From positions 155,486 to 219,485 of the forward strand of contig NW_005434669.1 of NCBI RefSeq assembly GCF_000315625.1: a DNA stretch of 64,000 nucleotides, written 5' to 3'. Shown here one piece after another: positions 1 to 11,048 of the stretch (its first letter is position 1; every line of letters begins with the position of its first letter). The position numbers and the translations under genes are program-made. The DNA comes from Guillardia theta CCMP2712 (taxonomy: Eukaryota > Protista > Cryptophyta). Below the pieces are notes generated by a model that made no database searches, had not been told where the DNA came from, and worked only from the letters and a program-made list of their open reading frames with translations.

Positions 1-1334
1 GTACAAATCATGAATGTGAAGTTGCTGCTCCTCCTCAGGTTGGAAGACTTGGCGCTAACTGCGACACAACATGCAACAGTATCGGCAAGATTTGTCACGC
101 AGGTAAGAGGAGTGCAGGAAGACCAGGAAGTGCCAAAGGCGATAAGATTGAGAGGGGCTGGGATAGTACTGCGGGAAGAGGAGGAGGAGGAGGAGGAGGA
201 GAGAGGAAAAGAACAAGGAGGAGGAGGAGAGACGAAGACTAAAATCTGTCACTTCAGAGTACAGCAACCGGATCAACTTGTGTAGAGAGCTAGAGAAGAA
301 CTTTCAGTGTCTGCATGTCCGTTTGCTTTCCTCCCGGGTAGTGCCGACTGCTGATTTGTTCTCCTCAGGGATGCAACAGAGAATTCTTTGGCGCGGACCT
401 CCCGGCCTTCAACACGTCCTGATTGTGTCACTCCGACCCGCGTTTGACTTTTTCTTTCGTGTTTACAGGCAGAGGATGCAATGTCTCATCAACAATGCTC
501 CTCTCGGTAAGTTTGCTTGTCAAAATCTCCTTCCTCCTCTTCTGCTGTCTCTGCTCGTAGTCTCCTTCCTCCTCTTCTGCTGTCTCTGCTTGTAGTCTCC
601 TTCCTCCTCTTCTGCTGTCTCTGCTTGTAGTCTCCATCCTCCTCTTCTGCTGTCTCTGCTTGTAGTCTCCATCCTCCTCTTCTGCTGTCTCTGCTTGTAG
701 TCTCCATCCTCCTCTTCTGCTGTCTCTGCTTGTAGTCTCCATCCTCCTCTTCTGCTGTCTCTGCTTGTAGTCTCCATCCTCCTCTTCTGCTGTCTCTGCT
801 TGTAGTCTCCATCCTCCTCTTCTGCTGTCTCTGCTTGTAGTCTCCATCCTCCTCTTCTGCTGTCTCTGCTCGTAGTCTCCTTCCTCCTCTTCTGCTGTCT
901 CTGCTTGTAGTCTCCATCCTCCTCTTCTGCTGTCTCTGCTCGTAGTCTCCTTCCTCCTCTTCTGCTGTCTCTGCTTGTAGTCTCCATCCTCCTCTTCTGC
1001 TGTCTCTGCTTGTAGTCTCCATCCTCCTCTTCTGCTGTCTCTGCTTGTAGTCTCCATCCTCCACTTCTGCTGTCTCTGCTTGTAGTCTCCTTCCTCCTCT
1101 TCTGCTGTCTCTGCTTGTAGTCTCCATCCTCCTCTTCTGCTGTCTCTGCTTGTAGTCTCCATCCTCCTCTTCTGCTGTCTCTGCTCGTAGTCTCCTTCCT
1201 CCTCTTCTGCTGTCTCTGCTTGTAGTCTCCATCCTCCTCTTCTGCTGTCTAATTCTCTATTCTTCTCAGGTGCTCCCTTCACTTGCGACTCAGTCTATGA
1301 GTTTTCCCGGAGACTTTGTCCTTGTGGGAATTGA
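1..1334 (+). CDS. 3' exons of a gene ending in a MGAT5/GT18-type C-terminal Cys-rich module; 5' part lies outside the window
   Basis: Manual splicing gives VGRLGANCDTTCNSIGKICHA/EYSNRINLCRELEKNFQCLH/GCNREFFGADLPAFN/TQRMQCLINNAPL/GAPFTCDSVYEFSRRLCPCGN*, with stop at 1332-1334. This fits the GxxCxxxC...C...FxC...RxCPC pattern. The last intron is 507-1269. Confidence 0.65.
526..1250. repeat. Intronic minisatellite, 35-bp unit (TCCTCCTCTTCTGCTGTCTCTGCTYGTAGTCTCCW), about 20-21 copies
   Basis: Directly visible tandem array filling intron 507-1269. Confidence 0.95.
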
Positions 1335-1569
1335 GAGAGGACAGCCGAAGGAAGAGGAAAGGAGAAAGAGGGGGAAGTTGGTTGTCGAAGTGGGGGGATT
1401 GAGGATCAGGAGCGGGAAGACTGATTGTGAACGATGGGGGCGCAGGAGGAGGAGGAGGAGGAGGAGGAGTGAAGAAGGAGCGGAGAGGAGAAGATAGAGG
1501 GTAAAGGCCAAGGGTGAGGGGAGGAATATTTATCAAGAGGTCGATGGCAGCTTGCCTCGTGGGCTTCTT

Positions 1570-2998
1570 TCATTGTCTATCCAACACGTGAATGAATTCC
1601 GTGAGAAACTCTTCTGCTTGGTCCTGCGGGAGATGCTCAACAAAAGTTCACTCGGTGTCGAGGGCTGTTACCTTGACCAGTCTGCTTACTCTTGAGGATT
1701 CCAACAAGTTGTTCATCGTCAATGATATATCTTTACACGTCATCCTGTCAGTTTGTATCAGACTCGCAACACGGGCAATGATTCCCCTTGCACGCACTGG
1801 TTCCCTTGTATTGTCTCCATGGACATCAAGTCAAACAGGATCTTGTCATGCACTATCAAGACGTCGATGACAACATTTCAATCTCCCACCTTCATCAAGA
1901 GAGTCTGTTGCGACTCATCGTCCTCCTCAGACAACAGGCGCAAAGCTACTGTGAGAAGGATGGGAAGGTCGCTGTCAAAGAAAATGATTCTCCGAACAGA
2001 TCCTTGATGGTTCTCTTTCTTGTCTTCTTGTAAAAGAAGGACATGCACAGCCACAAGCATCCTGCCGCAGCATGTTCACAACGGCTCTCTATGTCAGGTT
2101 GGGTTCAAAACACCTCTCCGCCTCGTTTTTCTCTCCTTCGTGCGAGTTGAGGATTTGGAGCAAAGTCTCGCCGAAGAATGATCCGTTGCGATGGTTGAGC
2201 AGCTGGTCTTTAAAGTCCGTCATGCTCATGGAAGCTTCCTTCCCCTCCTGCTGCGTGTACAAGATGTATAGGACGTTCACTGTAAGGGCGACCACTCCTC
2301 GCACAATCTGCTCACTCTCCGAGTCAAGCATGTCGAGGATGCTTGTGAAGGCTCCTATCACATTGGAGCAGAAACAAACCGCAAGATCGTATGATGGAGG
2401 GTTTGCTGTTTCACTGCTCCCAACAAACATCGCAATGTCCACAAGGAGGAAGAGGAGGAGCTTAATCCTTTCATTTTGATATCCCGCCTTGTTGTTGTCC
2501 GAGGTCAACTCGTGCAAGAAACGATTCAAGTCTTCATCGTTGATGAGAAACTTCGTGGCGTTCCGTATTAGTGAGCACAAGGCAACGATACATTGAAGTG
2601 AGAGTGCTTTCTCGCTGTGGATACATGTCAAGCCAGTGAAAAACAAAGATACAATTCTGAACGCATGCAGGAGTAAGTATGTACAAAATCACCTGTCGGA
2701 TGAAAGATGCTTGTACACAGAAATGAGCCCCTTAATCTCCACGACATCGTGAGATCTTCGAGGCTGAGTTTGAAACTTACCAAGAATTCTTCATCATCTT
2801 GCACAACCTTAGCTGGTTCTTCGTTGTTGGTGCATGTTAGATGTTTCAGACTGAGTCAACTTGTACCTTGCTCGTTTATCTCCTCCAAGAACTTCACAAG
2901 AAGTACACGATAGTTCATCTCATCTTCACCGTCTCCTCCTCCTCCCTCCTCCCCCACTCTACCAATCCGCGCAACCCTGTTCATTGCACCAGCGCCAT
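1570..2998 (-). CDS. Multi-exon helical protein, probable SPIN90/Ldb17 (WISH/DIP) leucine-rich domain
   Basis: ORF 2089-2646 plus flanking exons. FFGETLLQILN and FFDSDLPILLTVALRLLSE resemble the FxExLLxLLN and FYTNDxxVLxDIxxRxL motifs. The last exon ends DQAEEFLTEFIHVLDRQ* at 1570. Confidence 0.5.
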
Positions 2999-3120
2999 GG
3001 CGGGAAATTTTTTATCTGGGCCCGCACAGGTGAAATAAAGGCAACTTGCAGTGGACAGGAGATGAGGACTAATAAAGGAAATACCGGAGCCCCGGAGTCC
3101 GATCCGCGGCCGCAGGATGT

Positions 3121-3444
3121 TCAACAGGGTGATGATCGGATCCCGGAGGGGTTGATGTGGGTCGAGACGATGATGCCTTCACCGTAAGCCTGCGTCCCGT
3201 ACAGTGTGTGGAGGTTCGGGAAGCCGTGTGTGTGGGGGGGGGTCTTCCCGATCTCGTGGCTTGCGCTCTTCACGTGATGAAGGTAGAAAATAAGGATGAT
3301 CGCGGAGAGGATGGCGGTCATGGTGTAGTTGTAGTTGGTCACTACATCCTGCTTATTCACTGCTTCTGGTTCGGAGATCATGCCGCTGGATTCGTCCGTC
3401 TCGTAGTCGGCCATCCCTTTCGTCGCTGGACAGCGCTGCGTCAT
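3121..3444 (-). CDS. Possible terminal transmembrane exon of the LRR gene
   Basis: ORF with hydrophobic TMTAILSAIILIFYL, downstream of and co-oriented with the LRR array. Splice linkage is not established. Confidence 0.3.
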   Translation of the reverse strand: MTQRCPATKGMADYETDESSGMISEPEAVNKQDVVTNYNYTMTAILSAIILIFYLHHVKSASHEIGKTPPHTHGFPNLHTLYGTQAYGEGIIVSTHINPSGIRSSPC

Positions 3445-3720
3445 TCATGTGAATCCCTAGCGGGGAAAATCCGATCCGGTGGACCCTGCACGACACTGCA
3501 GCAGATTCGAGTGCACATCTTCACACCCACACACAGAGAACTCGTCAACTTGGCTGGGAGGTAAACGAAACCACCACGGAGAAGTGGGTGGCGCTCTTGG
3601 AGTTGTAGCTGCACACGATATTGCTGTCAGGCTCTCCTCACCGAAAGGCTTGATCGCCGCATGAAGGGACACCGCAAGGGTGGGATCCCCATATTGTACA
3701 GTAGTAAGTAGCGCACTACC

Positions 3721-3765
3721 GGAGGGTGATAAGAGAGAGAGGCTCGCCTCATCAAGTGGGGTATA
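3721..3765. repeat. 45-bp direct repeat, copy 1 (partner at 7064-7108)
   Basis: GGAGGGTGATAAGAGAGAGAGGCTCGCCTCATCAAG(T/C)GGGGTATA; one mismatch between copies. Confidence 0.9.
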
Positions 3766-4479
3766 AATGTTCGATAGTCAGAGACAGGGGCTCCGAGGGG
3801 CCAAGTAACCGCCGCCGCCGCCCGGAATGCAAGCCTAGCAGCTTTGCGAATCTGAAACTTGCATACTTGTGTCACAAACGTTGCGACCGTCACGGATGAC
3901 TCATTCACTACGTGTGCATATAACTTCAACTCACACTCAGCTACGAAACTTGACAAGCCTCAACTTCGCGAGACTCCCTCCTTCACAGCAGCCCCAGCTC
4001 TGATGCCAGGCCCCACTCTCGAAACGCTTCCCCGGTCTCGTTGTAGATGAAACAGTAAGCGTCTGTCTCGTTCCCTCCTTTCTCCTGCACACAACAAGCC
4101 GTCAGCACGGCTCCCGTCTTTCTGGGCTCTTCGAGTCTCTCAGTGCCAGTCACCTACCACTGCGCAGTGATGCCCAAACTGACACACCCACACCTCCTCT
4201 TCGTCCATCGTCATCAGCTCGCCCAATCCTCCTGTCGAGAACGTGAGGGTGCGCGAGGGCAGCATGCCCGTGTACCTGAGATGAACTTCGACGTGTCGCC
4301 CGAGCCTGCCAATGAATCCGCTGGAGCCCAGCTATGTTCGACAATCTCTTCCCAGGTGGCGTTGAGAAAGCAGCCGGCGGTGTCGGGGTGCGACTGGTCC
4401 GAGGTGCTTGTCGTGATGGCACAGGCAGGGAGCTTCGAGTCCAACCCGACGGAAGAGGGCCACGAAGAGAACACGCATT

Positions 4480-6900
4480 CGAGAGGGTTGGACGACAAGG
4501 TGAAATACTTGAGAGGGGGAAGGCTTGCAAAAGCATCTGAGGGGATGAATGTCAACCTGTTGTTAGAAAGCCTGAGGGATTGCAAGCTTGACAGGCCGTC
4601 GAACGACCCCCGCTCTAGACTCGACAGTTGATTATAATCAAGGTCTATACTTCCCAAGCTTGTTAAGCCTTGGAACGCTCCCGCCGGAAGCGAGCTCAGC
4701 TGGTTGCTGGAAAGAATCAAAGTGTACAAGGTTGACAGGCCGTCGAACGACCCCCGCTCTAGACTCGACAGCTGGTTGGAGTCAAGCCTGAGCTCGTACA
4801 AGCTTGCCAAGCCTTGGAACGCCCCCGCCGGAAGCGAGCTCAGCTGGTTGTAGGAAAGAACCAAAGTGTGCAAGCTTGACAGGCCGTCGAACGACCCCCG
4901 CTCTAGACCCGACAGCTGGTTGTAATACAGCCACAGCTCGTACAAGCTTGCCAAGCCTTGGAACGCCCCCGCCGGAAGCGAGCTCAGCTGATGCTTGGCA
5001 AGATCAAGGGTTTACAAGCTTGACAGGCCGTCGAACGACCCCCGCTCTAGACTCGACAGCTGGTTGGAGTAAAGGTACAGGGAATTCAAGCCTGTCAGGT
5101 TCTGGAACGCCCCGGCCGGAAGCGAGCTCAGCAAGTTGCTGGATAGATCCAGGTGATATATGCTGGGCATGCCGTCGAACGACCCCCGCTCTAGACCCGA
5201 CAGCTGGTTGTAACCAAGGTACAGCTCGTACAAGCTTGCCAAGCCTTGAAACGCCCCCGCCGGAAGCGAGCTCAGCTGGTTGTAGGAAAGAAACAAAGAG
5301 TACAAGCTTGACAGGCCGTCGAACGACCCCCGCTCTAGACTCGACAGCTGGTTGTAACCAAGGTACAGGGTTTGCAAGCTTGCCAAGCCTTGGAACGCTC
5401 CCGCCGGAAGCGAGCTCAGCTGTTGGGATGTAAGGCCAAGGAACTGCAAGCTTGACAGGCCGTCGAACGACCCCCGCTCTAGACTCGACAGCTGATTGGG
5501 GTGAAGGTACAGGTATTGCAAGTTTGCCAAGCCTTGGAACGCCCCCGCCGGAAGCGAGCTCAGCTGGTTGTCGGAAAGAATCAAAGTGTGCAAGCTTGAC
5601 AGGCCGTCGAACGACCCCAGCTCTAGACTCGACAGCTGGTTGTAATACAGCAACAGCTCGTACAAGCTTGCCAAGCCTTGGAACGCCCCCGCCGGAAGCG
5701 AGCTCAGCTGATGCTTGGCAAGATCAAGGATGTACAAGCTTGACAGGCCGTCGAACGACCCCCGCTCTAGACTCGACAGCTGGTTGTTATACAGCCACAG
5801 CTCGTACAAGCTTGCCAAGCCTTGGAACGCCCCCGCCGGAAGCGAGCTCAGCTGGTTTTTGTAGAGATAAAGGGTGTGCAAGCCTGTCAGGCCGTCGAAC
5901 GACCCCCGCTCTAGACTCGACAGCTGGTTGTTATCCAACTTCAGTTGGTATAAGCCTGACAGGTTCTGGAACGCCCCCGCCGGAAGCGAGCTCAGCTGGT
6001 TGTAGGATAGATCCAAAGTGTGCAAGCTTGACAGGCCGTCGAACGACCCCCGCTCTAGACTCGATGTCATGCCTCGGCGAAGGCTTAGATATGACAATCT
6101 TGTCAGGTTCTGGAACGCCCCCGCCGGAAGCAAGCTCAGCTGGTTGTAGGAAAGAAACAAAGTGTACAAGCTTGACAGGCCGTCGAACGACCCCCGCTCT
6201 AGAATCGACAGCTGGTTGGAGTCAAGCCTGAGCTCGTACAAGCTTGCCAAGCCTTGGAACGCCCCCGCCGGAAGCGAGCTCAGCAAGTTGCTGGATAGCT
6301 CCAAAGTGTGCAAGCTTGAAAGGCCGTCGAACGACCCCCGCTCTAGACTCGACAGCTGGTTGTTATACAGCCACAGCTCGTACAAGCTTGCCAAGCCTTG
6401 GAACGCCCCCGCCGGAAGCGAGCTCAGCTGGTTGTAGGAAAGATCCAAAGTGTGCAAGCTTGACAGGCCGTCGAACGACCCCCGCTCTAGACCCGACAGC
6501 TGGTTGTAACACAGCCACAGCTCGTACAAGCTTGCCAAGCCTTGGAACGCCCCCGCCGGAAGCAAGCTCAGCTGGTTGTAGGAAAGAACCAAAGTGTACA
6601 AGCCTGACAGGCCGTCGAACGACCCCCGCTCTAGACCCGACAGCTGGTTGTAGTCAAGCCTGAGCTCGTACAAGCTTGCCAAGCCTTGAAACGCCCCCGC
6701 CGGAAGCGAGCTCAGCTGGTTGTCGGAAAGAACCAAAGTGTGCAAGCTTGACAGGCCGTCGAACGACCCCCGCTCTAGACTCGACAGCTGGTTGTAATCC
6801 AACTTCAATTGGTATAAGCCTGTCAGGTTCTGGAACGCCCCCGCCGGAAGCGAGCTCAGCTGGTTGTGGGATAGATCCAAAGTGTACAAGCTTGACAGGC
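4480..6900 (-). repeat. 72-bp coding tandem repeat with a 144-bp A/B higher-order period
   Basis: GGAACGCCCCCGCCGGAAGCGAGCTCAGCTGG and GGCCGTCGAACGACCCCCGCTCTAGACTCGACAGCTGG alternate every 72 bp. Confidence 0.97.
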
Positions 6901-7063
6901 CGTTGAAAGTTCCTTGGGATATGTTGCTGATCCCTCGATAGGTCAGCCGCAGTGTCTGACACGTCGCTTGCTCGCAGTTGCCCGCCCTTGACAGCAATCC
7001 TTCATCGGAGATACTGAAGGTACACGACCCGCACGAGACCTGCTGCTCAGTGCGTGTTCCCGT

Positions 7064-7108
7064 GGAGGGTGATAAGAGAGAGAGGCTCGCCTCATCAAGC
7101 GGGGTATA
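7064..7108. repeat. 45-bp direct repeat, copy 2 (partner at 3721-3765)
   Basis: Near-identical to 3721-3765. Confidence 0.9.
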
Positions 7109-7942
7109 GAGAAGAAAAGGCAGCACTCAGCGTCTAGCCAAACTTGTCGGAACACGGAACAAGTTGAAACTTGAAATCTAACAAGGGGGTTCAAAGGGAG
7201 GTAGGGTACACTGACAATACTTGACAGGATCGGATGGTCGGTACCGGTGTGATCGCTAGTCATATCATGCCAGCCGGGGGGTTAGGGTCAAGCAAGGTGA
7301 CAGGCTCCAAACATATAGGGTCAGTGGTGGGTAAGTTGGTAGGGTGAGGGCCGGGGGGGCCCGGGGCGGCGGCGAGGCCCGAGGTGGATGTGGGGGGGGG
7401 TACTCCAGCCGCTGTAGCTTTGACCCGGGCCTATAGTCAAATATGGTCAAACATACTAGTCAAACCGTGACCATCAACTTGGTGACCGCTGGCCGTGACT
7501 GTCGGTCACTTTGGTCACTACGGTACGGCAGCGGTAAACAGGCTGAAAAAAAAAATACTCGGGGCATTTAAAAAAAAAATTCCATAACTTTAACCGGCGC
7601 AATGCCGGGGCAACCGCCGGCGCCGGCAAAGTGTTTTGAATAATTCTACCTAGTCTCTTAATTATGGTCAGTGTGAGGGGTCACGTATAGATAATTCTTG
7701 GGTATTGAAGGGGTGGTGGGTACCCTATCAATTTTAATCGTTCCATTAGATGAATTTATCCGGCAACATCACCCCTTAATATTCCTGGCTATTATCCGAA
7801 AAGATTGGGGTGGGTACATGTTCAATCAGGGGCGCCGGCCTTTTTGAGAAACACTACTATAATCAGCAATATTACTGGGGGGGACCCCACCCTCCTCCGG
7901 GATACCCTGACAAGCCGCCAGCCGCATCGCATCCTTCCTGGC

Positions 7943-10109
7943 ATGTCATCGTCGAGCCATGTTTGCTTGTTTGGAACAGAATGCAAGATACCTCCGGCAG
8001 AATTAGGAGATAGTACTCTCATCCAGTGCACGGCTTGCTCGAAATACTTTCATCACCTTTGCGCTAACCAAATCAATGGTTGTGAAGATTGGAGTTGGTG
8101 TGGATGCGAACTGCCACTCGCGTCTGGAAGAGAGAAGGAGCTTGAAGAAAGACACAATGCAGATGCTGGTGCTGTTCCAGCAGTTCCTATCGGAGAGAGT
8201 CCAGCACTCTCCGATGCTGGGAGTGATAGATCTGATTCTGCAAGTTTGAACGAGGCCCCTGCAAGCAGTCAAAATTGGAGGAAGGTAATTGCGGATGTAA
8301 AGAACAGGATTTTATCCCAAGGTTCCAAGACCAGGTTGGTGATAACGACAAGCTATTTCCTGGTATTTTGAAATGGTTCATTCAATGGGGATCAGTCTCA
8401 CATATGCACAGGTACGAATCAGTATGATAGATTTCTGATGTCTTTCCACCGAACTATGTCGGTACCAGCACAAGGCGACGGTGAAGAGTCGGAGGCAGCC
8501 AGGAGCTCAACGGATTTGTTATCGTGCCGGAGGAGAGTGTGTATAGAAATGGAAAGGCTGGGGATCAAAGCTGATGAGATAGGAACACATTCTGTAAGGA
8601 AGGTGAATAAGCCAAGTTTGTGGTGAATAGTGACTCGAGCTTACTTCCGGTATAGGGCGCTGCCACCTTCTGTGCAAGTGGAAGTACCCAATGCCCACCT
8701 GTAGTGGCACTTACAGGAAGAGCTGGGTGGGCAAATGGAGGGGTTTATGATCGATACTTCAAGTTCGAGGCAGCAGGTAGAATTTTGCTAAGTTAGTGAC
8801 ATTTGAAATGAGTTATATGCTCGCAGGGGATGCTTTTGTTGGAAGGACAGCGGCAGGATTGCGCATCGATTCTGAAGAATTTGCTATCCTTCCACCTCAC
8901 TTTGGTCCTCAGCAAGACAGTTATGTCAGCGACGCAGTTCAATCGTGCTTCCCACACATCAGGCAGGAATTTCGAGGTGTAGCAGAACATGCTCTCGCGA
9001 GCTTGGTTTATCATTGGGACTATTTGAAGACTCGATTAGACGAGCATCACCTGATGTGGAGCTGTGCATTGGTTCGAACAGAAGGGATGCTGGATGAATT
9101 GAAGCGTCGAGTGAAGTGTGGGTTGCCTGGTGACCCGGGCATCGAAATGAGAAGTACTGGTTGCCCCCCTCATGTCATGCAGAACTTGCATTACAAGATG
9201 ATTGCACAGGAGGTCAGACGACTCAAGGAGGAAATAAGCAAAATGAAGAAACGCCTCAGGAAGATTGACGGAAATGTTCGTGCTACCAAACGTCGCCGTC
9301 AAACTCACAGCGATATAGAAGAGGAAAGTGAGTTGCAAGGAATTGACAGTGGCGACAGTGACAGTGGCAGTGGCAGTGGCAGTGGCAGCGACAGTGACAG
9401 TGGCAGTGGCAGTGGCAGTGGCAGTGGCAGTGGCAGTGAGCGAGCTGCCGCGATGATGGGGGACGATGTTCGCCATCGCCAGATAATGAAGGCCTTCGAT
9501 AGGATGGATAAAAAGATCGACAACATGATGGGGCGGGGTATGACAAATAATTTTACCAGATCTCCTGAGCATCAACAGGCAAATGAAGATACGATGACGG
9601 GGCGGGATGGCTCCGCAAGTGAGGATGAACATTCTGCACATGACATGGGAATTTCAACTTGGAAAGATGCAAACGTGTCAGGTTTCAACGGCACCAAACA
9701 TTTTGGAACGTGGGAGAACGCATGGATTGCATGGCATTTTGGTGACACTGTGAAGAAACATCCTGCTTTGAAGGAATTGAGCAGAGCGCATATGGAAACC
9801 AAAGAAGAAGGAAGGAGATTTAGCGACTTGACCGTTCTTGTCGAAATTTTTGAAAGGTTCGTGAGGAGGGAAATCATGGAATCAGAGAACAGAGATGCAG
9901 AACTTGAACGGTGGAGAAGTTTTGTAGCAAGGCCAACACTGGCTGAAGCTCAACATTGGTTCAAAACATATGACAAAGGCTTTTTCAAATTGGTGAGTTC
10001 TAAGTCGAAGGCACGTACGAGGAGACAAGGACAATTGAAATGGACAACTTATGTTTGAAAAATGCGACAATGGAAGAAAAGTGATGTCAATGCATTTTTA
10101 AATCGTTGA
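7943..10109 (+). mobile_element. Crypton-type (CryptonS-like) tyrosine-recombinase transposon, internally deleted and defective; termini not defined
   Basis: Removing introns 8603-8655 and 8777-8826 gives ADEIGTHSVRKGAATFCASGSTQCPPVVALTGRAGWANGGVYDRYFKFEAAGDAFVGRTAAGL...FAILPPHF, with HSxR, GW and the catalytic Y. There is an N-terminal Cys/His finger and a C-terminal AWIAWHFGD...PALKEL GCR1_C-like region. Stops occur at 8369-8371 and 10056-10058, and the first half of the catalytic domain is not recognisable. Confidence 0.85.
9348..9438 (+). repeat. (AGTGGC/AGTGAC)n coding microsatellite (SG/SD linker)
   Basis: Directly visible inside ORF 8796-10058. Confidence 0.9.
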
Positions 10110-10496
10110 TCATCCATGTAATAAAGAAAAAGATTCATAGCACTGCAATATAATCTTGTTGAAGAAGATGAGAGTTGAAGGATGCAGCAAGACTCTCAAA
10201 CGAAATTGTTCAAGTGTTTTTCACTCCGAGGCGGACTTGTGAGGTTGAAAGGTCATCGAACCCCCCTTCGCCCCCGGGGGTGGTCCAATTATGTGGTGAA
10301 CAATAAAAATGACAGAAAACCTTCAGAGTTTAAAGAAAGTATATAGTGTGCCGGCCAAAGTCTTGGAAAGAAAAACAACTGAGGGTCGGAACCAGGCCCC
10401 CGGTGACCGGCCGCCGCGGGAGGCGTGCCGCGCTCGCGGCGCGGATCGGACGCGGCCGGGGGCCCCCCGGGACCGAGTCCGGGCCCGAAGATGCCC

Positions 10497-10775
10497 GATT
10501 GTCCTCGTACTGATTTTTGACTAACTTTGAGTAAAGGCGGCCCGGCGGTCCGCGCCGGATTCAACTACTAGTGTCCGGACTCCGGACGTGTTTTAAATTT
10601 CAAAAGGACTGGTCCACATCCGAATTTAGGCCCGCCCAGCCTGTTGTCGTACACTCGTGGTTTACTCAAAGTTAAGTTAAAAATCAGTACGAGGACAATC
10701 AGGAGAGTCGAGGAGGCTTGACCCTGACACTGTCGCACAGGCCACTGAACCGTTGAACGGCGAGAAGAAAAAGGA
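10497..10775. repeat. Two inverted copies of a 40-bp dispersed repeat (10497-10535 and 10661-10700); the second extends to about 110 bp
   Basis: GATTGTCCTCGTACTGATTTTTGACTAACTTTGAGTAAA versus TTTACTCAAAGTTAAGTTAAAAATCAGTACGAGGACAATC; the extension matches 20101-20210 in reverse. Confidence 0.9.
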
Positions 10776-11048
10776 CACTCCAGAGGACACTAGTCGGACT
10801 GACTCGGACCTTTAAAACCTGTGGTCGGTATGAGGGGCCAGTGAGTCAAACATCAATGCCTGGGCCGGCTGTGCCATCCATGACCGATGGCGGCGACCGG
10901 AGCTGGGACGGCTGCAAGATGGCGAGGTTTAGCAAGTTGCGACAGACCTGGACAATGAAGAATTGTGTAAGAAGCAGCTCGAAGTAGCCTGGCTTGACGG
11001 GAAAAGCAGCAGGTCCGTCGGAGTAGACGCAGGTTCTTACTATAATTC

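Larger units (their letters stand above)
4214..7126 (-). pseudogene. Typical-class (24-aa) LRR solenoid with Cys N-cap and LRRCT-like cap, about 33 repeats, interrupted by one in-frame TAA at 5012-5014
   Basis: ORFs 5012-7126 and 4214-4954 are in the same frame. Units alternate xxLxLxxNQLSSLPAGAFQGLASL and xxLxLxxNQLSSLERGSFDGLSSL. Caps are CGSCTF...C...C and NPLEC. Confidence 0.9.

Noticed and set aside
357-410. WH2-like EVRAKEFSVASLRRT on the minus strand, and a poly-Pro ORF at 1279-1536
   Set aside because: The first is antisense to a plus-strand exon. The SPIN90-like gene stops at 1570 and the poly-Pro is a GGA microsatellite.
428-1282. Three overlapping repetitive minus-strand ORFs; possible CRISPR-like array
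   Set aside because: The ORFs arise from a stop-free 35-bp repeat with no spacers, lying in an intron of a plus-strand gene.
4600-6900. Short palindromes CAGCTG and CAAGCTTG flanking each variable cassette as recombination signals
   Set aside because: Explained by Gln-Leu and Ser-Ser-Leu codons in a homogenised repeat; no independent support.
4588-6906. Plus-strand repetitive ORFs, and the LRR array as a CRISPR (constant plus variable segments)
   Set aside because: These are antisense shadows. The variable parts keep frame and the LxLxxN consensus, the context is eukaryotic, and no cas genes are present.
3025-10824. CACAGGT/ACCTGTG as terminal inverted repeats of the island
   Set aside because: Only 7 bp plus a weak extension and no target-site duplication; consistent with chance.
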